A stretch of 64,000 nt of DNA, taken from Marsupella aquatica. Taxonomy: Eukaryota; Plantae; Marchantiophyta. The notes under the pieces are model-generated. The model searched no databases, had not been told where the DNA came from, and worked only from the letters and a program-made list of their open reading frames with translations. Positions 1-12,203 of this stretch are shown piece by piece. Every line of letters begins with the position of its first letter. Positions within the stretch are counted from its first letter, which is position 1. The stretch spans positions 18,533,987-18,597,986 of the forward strand of contig OZ316891.1 of NCBI GenBank assembly GCA_973895155.1, read 5' to 3'. A program made the translations under genes and the position numbers.

Positions 1-5
1 TTATT

Positions 6-192
6 CCAAGGGCAGGGGGATGGCTTTTTTGGACACCCTTGTAGTCTAATTGCTTGCTCTGATGCCATTCGTTATGGTTTAGGAAATTTTGTATTTATTG
101 TACCTGATGACGAGATCAGTTTTCGGCAGTCTTACTTGTGTCCCCTTATGTCCAAGGGCAGAGGGATGGCTTTCTTGGACACCCTTGTAGTT
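6..192. repeat. Short direct repeat (about 40 bp, two copies)
   Basis: ccaagggcag(g/a)gggatggcttt(t/c)ttggacacccttgtagt occurs at ~6 and ~152. Confidence 0.7.
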
Positions 193-2083
193 TAGTTGGT
201 TCAGGTGAGACACCTCTTGGAGTAGACAGTCATAAACTCACATTAGACCTGCTTTGGGATCGATGCAGCAACAAGAGGTAGCCTCTTACACGAACAACTT
301 TGATTCTCCATGCATTTTAATCAGGAACTCTGTGCTTCATTTTTTCATCGACCGTCATGCTTTCCGCTTGTGGAGTGCACTGAGAAACGAGCTGTTAGAG
401 AAGCAGAATGAAGCTCATGCTTTGACTTGGGGAAATGAAACAATCACACAATGGGCGTGAGAGGCTCCCACAGGGCAATGGTTTTTTTCTCGCAGCAGAA
501 ATCGAGTCTAGAAAGAACCATATGTGTGAGTTTGACTGCCTTCGACCATTCCAGCTTTCTCAGGTCCAGAATGATGCCTGTCTTGATTTGACAATCTTTC
601 AATAGCGACAGCACTCCCGCAATATAGAGGAACAAGCAAATAAATCATGGAAATGAAGACGACATCGAATAGAGGAACAAGCAAATAAAGCATGAAAATG
701 AATACGACATCGACTGCAGGAGAGAGCTAATTATGCACGAGTACTGCTTTAGACCGCCTTGACCTGTTAATATATGATTGTTCATCTATTTACTCTCTTT
801 TGATCTGGCTCTAAATTTCTATATTTCACAAAATCCCACAACAATGGAAAAAATCGAAAGTTCGGGGAACTACCGACCTCAATGCAAGTTGGGTAAACTA
901 CCACATTTTTATGGCTATCCCATAGGAAATTGGATATTGCAAGACAGGTGCCCAGTGACCCACTAACTCTGCAACGAAGGCCCTTGTGCTAAGCTTTCTT
1001 AGGCGAGTATAAAGGATGCACCAACACTTTACTGTAGCAGTGGAAGCTACCCTTAAGATTGGACGTCTAGCTCCCACACTGATTCATGCTCTGTGAGGTT
1101 TCCACAAACCCTTCAAGTTTCACCTCAAATGATGATACGAGACAGAAAACCGGACGCACCTCTCTCTGAACCATTCAGTGCACAGTGATCCACTACCTAT
1201 GGCCATGCTGGATAGCAATACTGGTTCAATACCGTGTCATCTAAAGTAGCGAGGGGAGATGCGTGAGTCCCTGAAACAAGCCCGAATCCCTCTAATTAAC
1301 TCTTACCGGGCTTCTCTTACATCTTCAGTTTTCAAACATGCTGGAGGAGTGATCACAACAGTATATATCCATTTCCTTCCGGGTAAAGAGTAGATGTGTT
1401 GCCAATTATGTCAGTATCAAAATTGTGTTTATAATTGATAGATAGAGCAGTGCAGTACGTGCATTGTCAGCTACAGAGCTGCAGATTCAACGTTCTATGC
1501 TTCCCAGTTGAAGTGAGATATATGTCCATAACACCTAGCTCAACCTACACATCATGTGCAATGAATATCAATCCGGACGTTCCAATGGAAAAATAAGTTC
1601 ACCCTTGAACTATGGAAATGTTAGGCCTTTTTTTTTTACTGCTACAAGTACGCAAATACTGTCGTCCGATGAGCTGCAGTCACAGAGACATACAATATCA
1701 GCAATTCCATAAATAAGTAGGACAAACTGGACTGTACTTCGGACAAACTTGAGCAGCAAATGGTCAGTAATGTAATTAGGATCATCTCATGGACGGGATG
1801 GCTTTGGAGCACTGTGACTCCTTACCAAACAATTTAGGTCATGTCTCCAAGTACCTGCCAAGGTGGATTGGCTACCACCTAGATGGAGCTGCAAGATCAT
1901 TGTGGAGCTCGCGGTTTCCAAAATCTTACCGTCAGGGAGGCGATGGACGACATCGAAGGCATTCTCCCACTTCGTCTTTCGGGACATACGGAGCTCACTT
2001 AACCAGCCGAAGCTTCAGACACGATTTCATTGGACGTCCACAGAGAAAGGCCATGGAGAGTAAACACCAAAATTTCTAACATC

Positions 2084-3964
2084 TCAGTGAGCAGCGAACA
2101 CTCCTGGGCGATCAGTCCACCCCCCAGAAACATGCCCATTCTCACACACACAGGCATGAACGACAGGCTCTCCATCATCATGATACTCAAACGACCGCCG
2201 AAGGCAAAAGGCCGTCATCATGTCCCAAGTGGAAGTCGCGGAACAAAAAGCACAGGCAATGTCGACTTTCCTGGCATTCATATCCTTCAAATTCCTCCAC
2301 AAAAGTGACGTCCTAAAATTTTTGAAAAACCCTCGGAACAGCTTGTAGTTGCGCTTCTCGCCTGTGTGCACGCAACCAGGCCAGTCACAAATGTAGAGGC
2401 TGTCGCACCTGAACCTGCTGGCGAGTAACCGGCTCCCTTCTTCTCTCGGTAAGGACCACTTTGCAGCTACTATGTGAAGTCGCTGCTTGGGATCCTCGGG
2501 AATCTTTGCCAAAAGCCGCCTCAAAGCCCTTTCCTTCCTCTTCCTACTCCGCCCCCTATCCCTTTCTGTGAAATGCTCTACCGAGCCTCCAAATTTCGAT
2601 CCGGCAACTTTATCTCCTTTCGAGGCTTGCTCCCCTTCTTTCCAGTGAACTCTTTTGACGGATTTCGCTCGGGGTGGCCGCCCACTTCGACACTGCACTT
2701 CCGCGGTAGCCGAGGGACCAGTTGTAGCAGACCTGCCATTCTTCTCTGCCGTCACCGCGGTCATACCCATATGAACACGTCCTGTTGGAAAAACATGGTT
2801 CTCAGAAACGGGATCATTACTTACCTCCGGGCTGGATTGCACGATCTGCCCCTCAGAAGTTGAAGGGGCTTTCGATTCTCCACTCAGCTTCCCTTGCGCA
2901 ACTGACGAATTCCTTGCCAGCTCCGTGGTAGATTGGACAATCCGATCCTCAGAAGCGGAAGGGGCTTTCGATTCTCCACTCAGCGTCCCCTGCCCAACTG
3001 GCGAATTCCTTACCAACAAGGACGAGTTGCTCTCCTCCGTCAGTGCTACTGACTTCTCCTGCTCCGGACCACCACCTTCTGTCAAACACTTGGAAGCGAC
3101 ACAAGGATCGCCATTACTAGATGACTGCTCAGTAGACCGTGTCTCTTGGACGAATACATCCATCGTAGCTGATGAATCCTTTCCAGAGCACTGTCCAATC
3201 CCACTGCCATTCGCATTCTCTACAGTGACTGCTGACTTCACCACCACCTGACCGCTTCCTGTCACACTTGTCAAGCTTGAGCCCACAGAAGAATCCTTTC
3301 TAGATAATGTGTACCTTTGGAGCCCGCTTTGGAGAGAAGAATCTCTAACAGATAATGTGTAACTGTGAACAGGTAAATCTCCAGTAGCTGCTGACGGGTG
3401 CTCCCTACTCCCTGTTTCAGAGTCAAATGCATCCTTAGCAGCTCCTGTCGTCAATTCACTACTCCCAGGCCGTTGGACAATATCAGCTCCAATCCTTCTC
3501 TTCGGGACATACATGGGCCGAATGTTGTACAGTTCCGTCGGCCCAATTTCGCTCTCCAGCCCGAAATCCCAGGATGTGGTACCTACTCCGGCATGCTTGA
3601 GACCAGGGCAGCAAACAAGCAGTTTCATCAAGGCTCCCCATCCTCCGGGCGGTTCCGGGATCTGGTCCAAGTGCGTCTGGGGAGAAGGCATTATGTCCGG
3701 CACAATTCGAGTGCACTGCCTCTTCCAGCACACATTTCTAATCACATGGGCGAAGATTCGACATACACAAGCCAGACGGGCCAGGTGCCGCGGATCCTCT
3801 TCCAGCCTCGAGAAGATGTTGACTAAAATGTCCTCTGAAATTAGCTTGAAGGGAGAAAGTGCGCCTTCGGTGAGACCGTCGTGAGATGGTGGTCCTTGCA
3901 ATTCATTTTCTGAGGTCCCAGCGGCACTGGAGATTCCGTGGGTGGAGGAGATGGTAAGAGCCAT
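2084..3964 (-). CDS. EID1: EID1-like (phytochrome A-associated) F-box protein, intronless, with a long low-complexity central insertion
   Basis: Motifs match Arabidopsis EID1 as I recall it: EDILVNIFSRLEEDPRHLARLACVC, PPGGWGALMKLLVCCPGL, DFGLESEIGP, LLASRFRCDSLYICDWPGCVH, FCLRRSFEYHDDGEPVV, VCENGHVSGGWT. The first ATG is at 3964; the ORF track start at 3997 is TTG. Confidence 0.93.
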   Translation of the reverse strand: MALTISSTHGISSAAGTSENELQGPPSHDGLTEGALSPFKLISEDILVNIFSRLEEDPRHLARLACVCRIFAHVIRNVCWKRQCTRIVPDIMPSPQTHLDQIPEPPGGWGALMKLLVCCPGLKHAGVGTTSWDFGLESEIGPTELYNIRPMYVPKRRIGADIVQRPGSSELTTGAAKDAFDSETGSREHPSAATGDLPVHSYTLSVRDSSLQSGLQRYTLSRKDSSVGSSLTSVTGSGQVVVKSAVTVENANGSGIGQCSGKDSSATMDVFVQETRSTEQSSSNGDPCVASKCLTEGGGPEQEKSVALTEESNSSLLVRNSPVGQGTLSGESKAPSASEDRIVQSTTELARNSSVAQGKLSGESKAPSTSEGQIVQSSPEVSNDPVSENHVFPTGRVHMGMTAVTAEKNGRSATTGPSATAEVQCRSGRPPRAKSVKRVHWKEGEQASKGDKVAGSKFGGSVEHFTERDRGRSRKRKERALRRLLAKIPEDPKQRLHIVAAKWSLPREEGSRLLASRFRCDSLYICDWPGCVHTGEKRNYKLFRGFFKNFRTSLLWRNLKDMNARKVDIACAFCSATSTWDMMTAFCLRRSFEYHDDGEPVVHACVCENGHVSGGWTDRPGVFAAH

Positions 3965-4721
3965 TGCTAGGACAACAGATAGGAGATAAAACTCCAATTT
4001 CCATCAACTGCACGAGGAGCAACTCATTTCACTCCTCTGCCGACCTCCAGTGATATTCCCAAGGCTAGTGAAATTGCAACTCGTGGCCAAACAGAGCTCA
4101 TCTCACCTGCATCGAGCCATGGCACGAATCAAATCAGTAGATGAGCTCACAAGCGTTACAATATGAGAAGGACAGCCATAGCCAGGAAGTCTGAAGAGCC
4201 AGAGAGAGTTTTTTTCTTGAGCAATTTCTAGAATGCTGGAAGGTGACGAAGGTCACAGGAATTGTCCAAAAACAAATTGGCAACAACAAAGATTGTGATA
4301 CTCACATGCTGAGAACGTAGAGAGAAATTCAACGCTTCGTCTGGGAAGGGAATGGTGGAAGGCATCCATCGAGGACGAGGAGAAGGAATCGCTGCGACAG
4401 AAGATCTACACTGGAAGTGGAGGTCACAGGGGACTAAACAAGGTCCAGCAATGGAGATCCTAAGCATGAGCAGAGGGTCCAGACACGGAGGTCAGGGGGC
4501 GTTAGAAAGCGAGGCAAAATATCTTGTACAACTTACTTGTAACAGAATCAGCAGCCCACTTGGGCACTTGTTTCAGCTGGAATCTTACCTGCATCATGAG
4601 GGCAGATATTTCGCCCACCTACACAAGGGAAAATATCCACAACTGCAACACACATTCCTGACGTACGACAGGCGTTAAGTTTAGTCCAGTCCCTCTCCTG
4701 CAATCTTTTCCTCTGGTTCGC

Positions 4722-5290
4722 GCCCAAGATCAGCCTCACAAGTGCCCCTCTCAATTCCAGCACAGCCACCTCATTGGGGAGTTTGATTTTGACTCTTCCT
4801 ACTAGTCTGATTACCCCTTCATGTGTGTCCCCAAGATCAGCCTCACAAGTGCCCCTCTCAATTCCAGCACAACCACCTCATTGGGGAGTTTGATTTTGAT
4901 TCTTCCAAGTCTGATTACCCCTTCCCATGTATCCCCAAGATCAGCTTCACAAGACGTGCCCCTCTCAATTCCAGCACAACTAGCCTGTTGCAAAGTTTAA
5001 TTAATTAGGGACCCCCATGAGAGGTCCCTTGCAAATTCCCTGCCATGAGGTTGCGTTACGTCAGCACAACCAGCCACAAACACGAAAGATTATATTTTTG
5101 ACAATAACAAAAGTGCGCATTCATGTTTGTGACAAAAGTAACATAATTTTTGTTTTGACTCTTCCTACAATAGTCTGATTACCCTTCACGCGTATCCCCA
5201 AGATCAACCTCACAAGTGCCCTCTCAATTCCAACGCACTCAGCTCATTAGAGATTTTGATAGTGACTCTTCCTAAACTGATTACCTCTTC
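4722..5290. repeat. Degenerate ~105-bp tandem repeat upstream of EID1
   Basis: The unit cccaagatcagcctcacaagtgcccctctcaattccagcac...ctgattacc recurs at ~4723, ~4829, ~4935 and ~5198. Confidence 0.85.
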
Positions 5291-6641
5291 CTATAGCCGT
5301 ATTGTATGATACGAGCAACAGAAATTATGATAGCAAGGAGAGTGTTGTTAAAGAGTCACTAGTTTTGTTTTAATTTCTTTTTATTTTTGCTGATTCTTAT
5401 ATTTTTAGTGCATCTTTAAGACTCCATATGGCTACTGAGTTTGCTAGCCAAATGAGGAGTCCCAAAATTGGATCTTACTAACCAGATATTGCATAGCTGG
5501 GGACTAACTTTGCTAGTGAAGTGGGGTTTTTTACTCATAAGAGATTGTATTTTTTATGCTTTTCTTGCACACTAGAACTTAAAGCCCATATAGACACAGA
5601 CTTTTGCGATGACGACCCGGATGGACACATAAGGTTGACAGTGTCACAACAATACCCAGTGACACCCAAAATGGATTACCGGGAGCTCATGACTGGAACC
5701 TAACCATGGTTCATACGTTAAGTACGTTTAGTCTCTAACTGGTTTTCCTTCCGTCCTTCCTTCAACCCACGGCAGGTCGCTGCCAAGTATGCTAGCGGAT
5801 CGCCTCCCTTCGTGACGGAAATGTGGCCACCATAGTAGCAATTTTGCGAAAAGCTTGGCATGGCAGGGGATATGCCCTAGTCCCGATCAGCTTAGCAGAA
5901 TCGAACGAATGTGTTCAGGCTTTATCACATTCAATCCAGGCTGAATTTGCAAAACGATCATGAAGGATGCAAGCTCGTCAAGGAAGCATTTGACAGCAAA
6001 AAAATTCAATGTCGAATGCATCGCTGCGCTGCGGGTTTAAGTGGCCAAATGAGCTGTGAATTGTACATCAGGAGGAGTTCTTGCCAAATCGCAGGTGGAA
6101 TAAGTTTGTGTTGAAACCACCAATCCGGGAGTACTTCAAAGCAAAACGCATGCCCCGCAGTTACGATTGAGGACTTATGAGGGCCTGGATTGAATCAACT
6201 TGGATTCGGATTGGAAACTGAAAGAGCAGGAGTACTTATTCGATCCCAAGCACAATCTGAATGGATGTTGGCTTCTTGGGGTAACGAATCGCAGTTGTTG
6301 GTGGAACGAAGAAGCTGAACTCTATGTGATTGCCGATGTCCAACTCGTGGGCTGAACCTTTTTCACATCAGTTCACTGGAGGACAAGTACTACTGGTCAT
6401 CAAAATCAATTTTGCCGACCTTCCTTGTAAGAATTCAGAGCACATACATGTTGATTGTTTACATACAATGGAAAACAATGTTATAGACTTATGGTATGCT
6501 CCGAACACACTAAACGTGCTTGAGATTAGCATGAAAATGTGACCTGTGTTGCACACAAAGGACCCTAGATGTGACCAAAGTTATTGTTATTAATATGTGA
6601 GTGCTTTATAATGCACAGGTTGAACAAGTTGCAGATACACC

Positions 6642-9625
6642 ATGGACCCTCCAGAGTTCTCAGCTTCAGGGTCTTGGCCACATACTGAAGAACATGTGCA
6701 ATGTTCATCCTATGACACCAATGATTCTGACTCTGATTATTGTACTGACAACTCCGAAAAAGAATCAGATCCCACCCCGGAACCCACATTTCATGGCAAT
6801 CACAATACTGAATGGACGTTGGGTTCTGAATCAGACTGTGAAGACCATCCAGAATTCAGAGATAACCCTGAGAAGAATCCTTTTATTGATATCAGTGAGC
6901 TTGTCCAGGATGAGTGGCACTGTGAGTTGGATCCAGCAGAATCAGGTACACCCTATCTACCTCCACCATGTACATACATGTTTTCAGCATATAATCTTTC
7001 TGCATTCACTATTTGCATTCACTATTTAACTTCATTGGCAATCATGGGGCATGCAGGATTTGTGAACAATCATCAACCATCCGAGTTGGAACTGAAACTG
7101 GTAAAAGGGCAACAATATGTTACTTGGAATGATTTTAATAGAGCATTGGATGAATATGAGGCCAAGGCAGGATGGAGTTTCACTAGAATTGCTAGGAATA
7201 AAACCAGATTCATGGGTAAGTGTAGAGGGTTTGTTGTGAATGATTTGGACTCATGCAAAGCTGAAATTTATGTGAGGCACAAGAAAGGAAGTGGCAGAGT
7301 TTGCATTCAAAAAAGCTACCTTATCCACACCTGTTCACAATCTAAACACAAGTGGAGACATGGTGCTCATAAGAGGCGATGGGTGGAGGAAAAGGTCCAG
7401 TCAAGCATCCGTGTTAACCCAAGCACAACAATAAAGACCTCAGAGGGCACATTCGTGACATCCATTCTGCTGATACTACAATATGGACTGCACAGCGAGC
7501 ACGGCAGACAGTCATTCGAATGCTTGGTGGTGATCATGGCACATCCTTCCAAATGATTCCAGCCTATGTGGCTAAGGTCAAACATACTGACCCTGGCTCA
7601 CACGTATTGTGCGAAACATATGAATCTGACAATCGATTTTGCAGAATTTTTATGGCACCATCATCTTCACAAAATGCCTTCATCCATGTTCGACCCTTTG
7701 TTGGGATGGATGCCACGCACACAGGTAACAAGACAGAGACTTGAACTTTTTTTTACTCATTCAACTTTATCACCACTAGCACCTGCACCTGCATCACTGA
7801 TGTCATGTTTTCATAACAGGAGGAGAATTTCCCATGATTATATTGCTGGCAACAACCTTTGACTGTAACAACCATATTCTATTACTAGCATGGGCTGTTG
7901 TTGGCGTGGAGAACAAGGAAAATTGGATTTGGTTCATGGCTCATGTTGATAGAGCCTATCCTAGAATGAGGATGGAGAGTGAGACTATCATTGTCTCAGA
8001 TTATGATAAAGGTTTGATTCCAGCAGTACAAACCATCTGGGGTGACATTCATCACTCATTTTGTACACGACACATTAGGGCAAATGTCATAACCAACTCA
8101 GACAAAGCACTTGGTGACTGGTTTATGAAGGTACATGTGATTGAACCCCTTTACTCAATTCATCTATTCCAACCCCTTCTGTGAGTTCTTCACTTATGAT
8201 CACTAAGTTTAGTCAAATGTCCACTCATATGTCTCTGTTTTGAGTGCTCAGTTGGCCCGTGAGGTCCGCAAATCCGAATTTGACCGCATGTTGAACAAGT
8301 ACCAACCACTAAATGACCGTCAAGAGGCTAGGATTCGATATATTTGAGCTATTGACCCTCAGCTCTACTCACGTCATGCCTTCCTAGTACCAAGGTATAG
8401 CCCATGCACAGTTTCCACAATAGTACTCATGTTATTTGTTTTCACCAAAACGATCTTGGGTTTTTTATTACTGTATGTGTTCATCATGTAGGTGGGGTCA
8501 TACTACCTCAAACGTGGTGGAGATTTTAAATGGAGTGATTAAACCAATTCGCAAACTGCCCGCACTACTAATATGCAAGGAACTTTGGGACTACACGATG
8601 ACCAAGCATTACAGCAGAGCAGTTGATGCAGCAAGTAAGATGTAATTAAAATCGTAAGACATTTAATTCTCCTACTTACAGATGCATGAATGAATCTGTA
8701 TTAACCTTGATACTTGTGCATTGTAGGTTGGCCTGCAGGTGATAATAGCTTGACACAACATGCAACATGGATGCTCAATACATTGTATACTAAAGCAGGT
8801 GGGGTGGAGGAGCATCCATCATCACCCACTACTACTTTGATGTGTGATTCCCAAGGACAATGGGCTCTAGATGTGGAGTCACAACAACGTGAATGCAAGG
8901 ACTGGGCTGAGATGGGGTTTCCATGTGTTCATGCTATTAAATTTTGTCGCAATCGTGGCTTAAATGAAAAAGTGTACATTGACAACATTTGGAAGGCCAA
9001 ATCATAGGTCAGTGGGACACCATTACAGTCTAAACTTTTATAATGTACCATTTCTGAAATTCCCAGTTTTTGTAGTAAAAAATTCATGATGTTGTCTTGC
9101 TTGGCTTGCAGGTATTGGTTTACACAGTAAGTCTTCCTCCAATTTCATTAGATGGATTACATAAAGATTCAAAGTGTCTCCAACCTCTTGTTGTTTCATC
9201 GAAGAAGAAGGCATCCAGGTCACTAAAGCGAATGGCATCAAGGTATGACTTACATATGAGTGAAATAGTACTGCAACATGTGACATGTTCAGACTTGATA
9301 CATATTCTCTTAAATGGAGGCTAATTTTCACATGTTTGTGTATAGATTTGAGCGAGTCATTGCATCTGAGCGCATTGCAGCCAAACAACACCACAAGTGT
9401 AGTGTTTGTGGCCAGGCAGGGCATAACCGTCGAGGATGTGTTATCTCAAACCAAAGAGCACAGGTCCGCATGAATAGGTCTGCTGATTTTTTCAGGGTCT
9501 GCTCTATTCACACTATGGAGCGGGACAAGATTGAGTCTGAATGGATCATTTGGGATAGTCGACCAGCACCCAAAATATCTTTCTCTCAATGGTATGAGGA
9601 ATCGCAACAAAGTAGGGAGCTGTAG
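6642..9625 (+). pseudogene. MURA/MuDR-type transposase, multi-exon, with frameshift and stop codons
   Basis: WRKY-like N-terminal zinc motif (C...CKAEIYVR...HTC). MULE core motifs GMDATH, DCNNHILLLAWAVV, IVSDYDKGL, CTRHIRAN, TTSNVVEILNG. Degenerate SWIM (CKDWAEMGFPCVHAI) and zinc knuckle CSVCGQAGHNRRGC. Confidence 0.92.
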
Positions 9626-9780
9626 GATATAGGATGGCTTCATAAACTTTGGTTGGTCACACTATACATGATATTCACAAGACATTCAGTGAGTGTGAAC
9701 ATGTTGTGACAAAGCAAAACATGTTGTGACAAAGCAGAATGTGAGGTTTCTCTTTATTTTCATCAAATTTTAATCAGAGT

Positions 9781-11472
9781 CTACAAATTTTGAACCGTGT
9801 TGTACTTAGAACGTAAGTCATCCAAATACTCTTTTGACTGTCTCAAGTCTAACTCCTTTGCTTCTAGCTTGTCCTCACACTTTTCAATCAAGTTGCTAAG
9901 ATGACTAAAGTATCTAGACTGAAGGTTGTGAAGAGTGTAGTCATGTGCATGACATTCATGACTGCTACCAACACCAATGTCCAATCGATGCAAAGCATCA
10001 CCCAAACCATGTACACCATCATCACTGTCATGGTGCAAATTTGGGGTCGTGATTGTGATTGGGCTGATAATATTTTCAATGACTGGAGCCCCATACTCCT
10101 GGCGTGAGGAAGCTGGTACACAGTCTGCAACATAACGGATTTCATGCTCAGGGGAGTAAGTTGGTGTCGGACCCACATCTTGTTTTCTAGAGACAGAGGG
10201 TGTGGCATGAAATGGACCTACATTGGTTCGTGTCATTCCAACAATGAACCAGGTAGGATCATTTGACTCTCCGGCAGGCCGCTGAAATATGATATCAAAA
10301 AGGAAATATGTGCCACAGATGTTCTGCATCCGTGAGAGCAGAAGATCAGTTGTTGCACAAAAGGGAGGACACTGAATTGTGCAGCTTCATAGGGATTAGG
10401 TCCCTCAAAATTTCAGAGCCAACATCCCACACTGCACCTCCACGACCTGCACATCATCAGTAATGATTGCTCGAAACCTCCAGAACCAAGTTGCCCTGTC
10501 TCGGTTGTCACATGGACCATTGTGGCTTGAGGAGTGCTGCCCACCATCTAGATCCAAACAACATGATGGAGTTGTGGATCTTTTGCACAATCTTGTTGAG
10601 GTTCGGATCTTCTATCCACAACCCAAATAGGTGAAAGAGCCCAAAACAAGCAGAATGTATGTGAGTCGAGTTCGATCTGACATGAGCTTGTATCTTAGCA
10701 CCATACGGCAAGTCTTCCCCACGAGCAAGTATGGACTCCACTCTTTGAATTCCAGTCATGTGAATGCGATTAGGACGAGGTTCTAGCATCCTACAGTGCA
10801 TGATGTACATAACCAACATGCTCGATCAGTGGAGGGGAGTTGAGCATGAAGAACATATAGACAAAGCGTTTTTACCAAAATGCCATTGCATTCACCAATA
10901 CACATGCTTCAATAATGGACACAATTGTAATGCTGTGACAAAGCAATTTTTATAGACAAAAGAACAAAAATTCCAATAACTTGTTGCCTACATAACTGGG
11001 CCAAAATTGAGATGGAACTCATCACTGGTAATGTACAGGATTTGTTGAATAACATGGTCAAGCTGTGTAAGGTACCCAACCCCTAATTCCAACATAACAT
11101 CTAAACCCCATCCTCCTAGCCACCATTTAGGACGTGGGCCGGGCCCTGACAGTAGAGGCCCCAGTGCCTTCCAATAATTTGATTCAACCACTGCTCTCCA
11201 GCCTTCACTAATGCATTGAATGGACATGATATCCTGGGACTGGCATGGAACTGACAATCTTGGCCAAATATGGGCGAGGACTACATCGTTAGGCAGGGGA
11301 GGGAGGAGATGGAATGCCTTCAGAGTACTCTCAATATTCTGCCCTTCAGCCTGCCCCTCAGCATCATCCCAGGTTGGAATGAGCTTGTCACCAGAAATCA
11401 TTTTTGAATCCAGAACAGGCTGGTCATTAGGGTCATGGACCGGTTTGAGGACTTCAAGATTGTCACAAGGCC
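9781..11472 (-). pseudogene. Downstream exons of the MULE cargo gene: F-box-like motif, unknown domain, C-terminal coiled coil
   Basis: LLPPLPNDVVLAHIWPRL...CISEGWRAVVES is F-box-like (~11150-11315). ORF fragments lie at 10508-10819, 10405-10590 and 9781-10329, the last ending in a heptad-like LIEKCEDKLEAKELDLRQSKEYLDDLRSKY. Confidence 0.55.
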
Positions 11473-11528
11473 CTACAAGGAACACAATGAAGGCCATGAT
11501 GAAAGACTTCACACTATGGAGCATGTGT

Positions 11529-12203
11529 ACGTAGTACAACTGAAAAAATCCAGGCCATGTCCAGCTGCGTATTTAGCAGCTGAGAGGCCTAGCCTATTAC
11601 CTGCATACACCCCGCAGACAGAGTGTGCATCAGGCTTATAAAATAGAGTATCAGTGAACCCTAGACTCCGTAGGCGATCCCTTAGTCCAAAAACATCCTC
11701 AATGTCGGTGAAATTAGCAGACCAGACACAAATGACATGCTGACAGTGAGGGATCTTTTCCTCTTTGGGAAACCCAGACTTCAGATGTTTAGTATGAGAT
11801 GTGGAAACCTTGGCATCAGTTGCCAGGAAATCCTGAACAATAGCAGTAGCAATTTTCGCCCACTGGGTATCTATGGCATGACTGTCAACAAAAATCATCC
11901 ATTTTCCCGAGAGGACGTTATTGGCAATATATAGCTAGACTTTCAATATGAGTGTTTTGCAGCCTTTCGTGGGAGGAAAGACACAATGCTTCCCAAGCCA
12001 TGGCTAACCCATTTACAGTATTGACAAGGCAGTCCGAATCCTTGTCAGACTAGAGGGTGCTAACAGTCAGCCATTCAATGTAGTTGAAAGGAATGGATGA
12101 TGGCTTCCATTGTTGAAGGAATTCAGAAATAGATTGTAAGTCGCTATCAAAGCATACTACATGAGAAGACTGGCCAACGTCCATGACTTGTGACCAATTA
12201 AAC
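11529..12203 (-). pseudogene. C11orf68/Bles03 (DUF1917, eIF4E-like fold) exon of the MULE cargo gene
   Basis: Manual translation gives EFLQQWKPS...EWLTV...GLAMAWEAL...LA(frameshift)IANNVLSGKWMIF...WAKIATAI...AKVS...HVICVW...FTD...LFYKPDAHSVCGVYAGN. This is colinear with human C11orf68 as recalled (GLQAAWEAL, LAITHHVLSGKW, AKVS, VICVYTDDFTD, YKPDVYT). One stop and one frameshift. Confidence 0.85.

Noticed and set aside
621-712. ~45-bp direct duplication
   Set aside because: Simple local duplication with no further structure.
1787-2079. Small ORFs downstream of EID1
   Set aside because: No recognisable motifs; likely 3' UTR or chance ORFs.
3965-3997. Signal-peptide-like N-terminus on the EID1 ORF
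   Set aside because: It depends on a TTG start from the ORF caller; the first ATG is at 3964.
4722-5290. CRISPR-like appearance of the repeats
   Set aside because: Whole units are duplicated with no unique spacers, the context is eukaryotic, and no cas genes are present.
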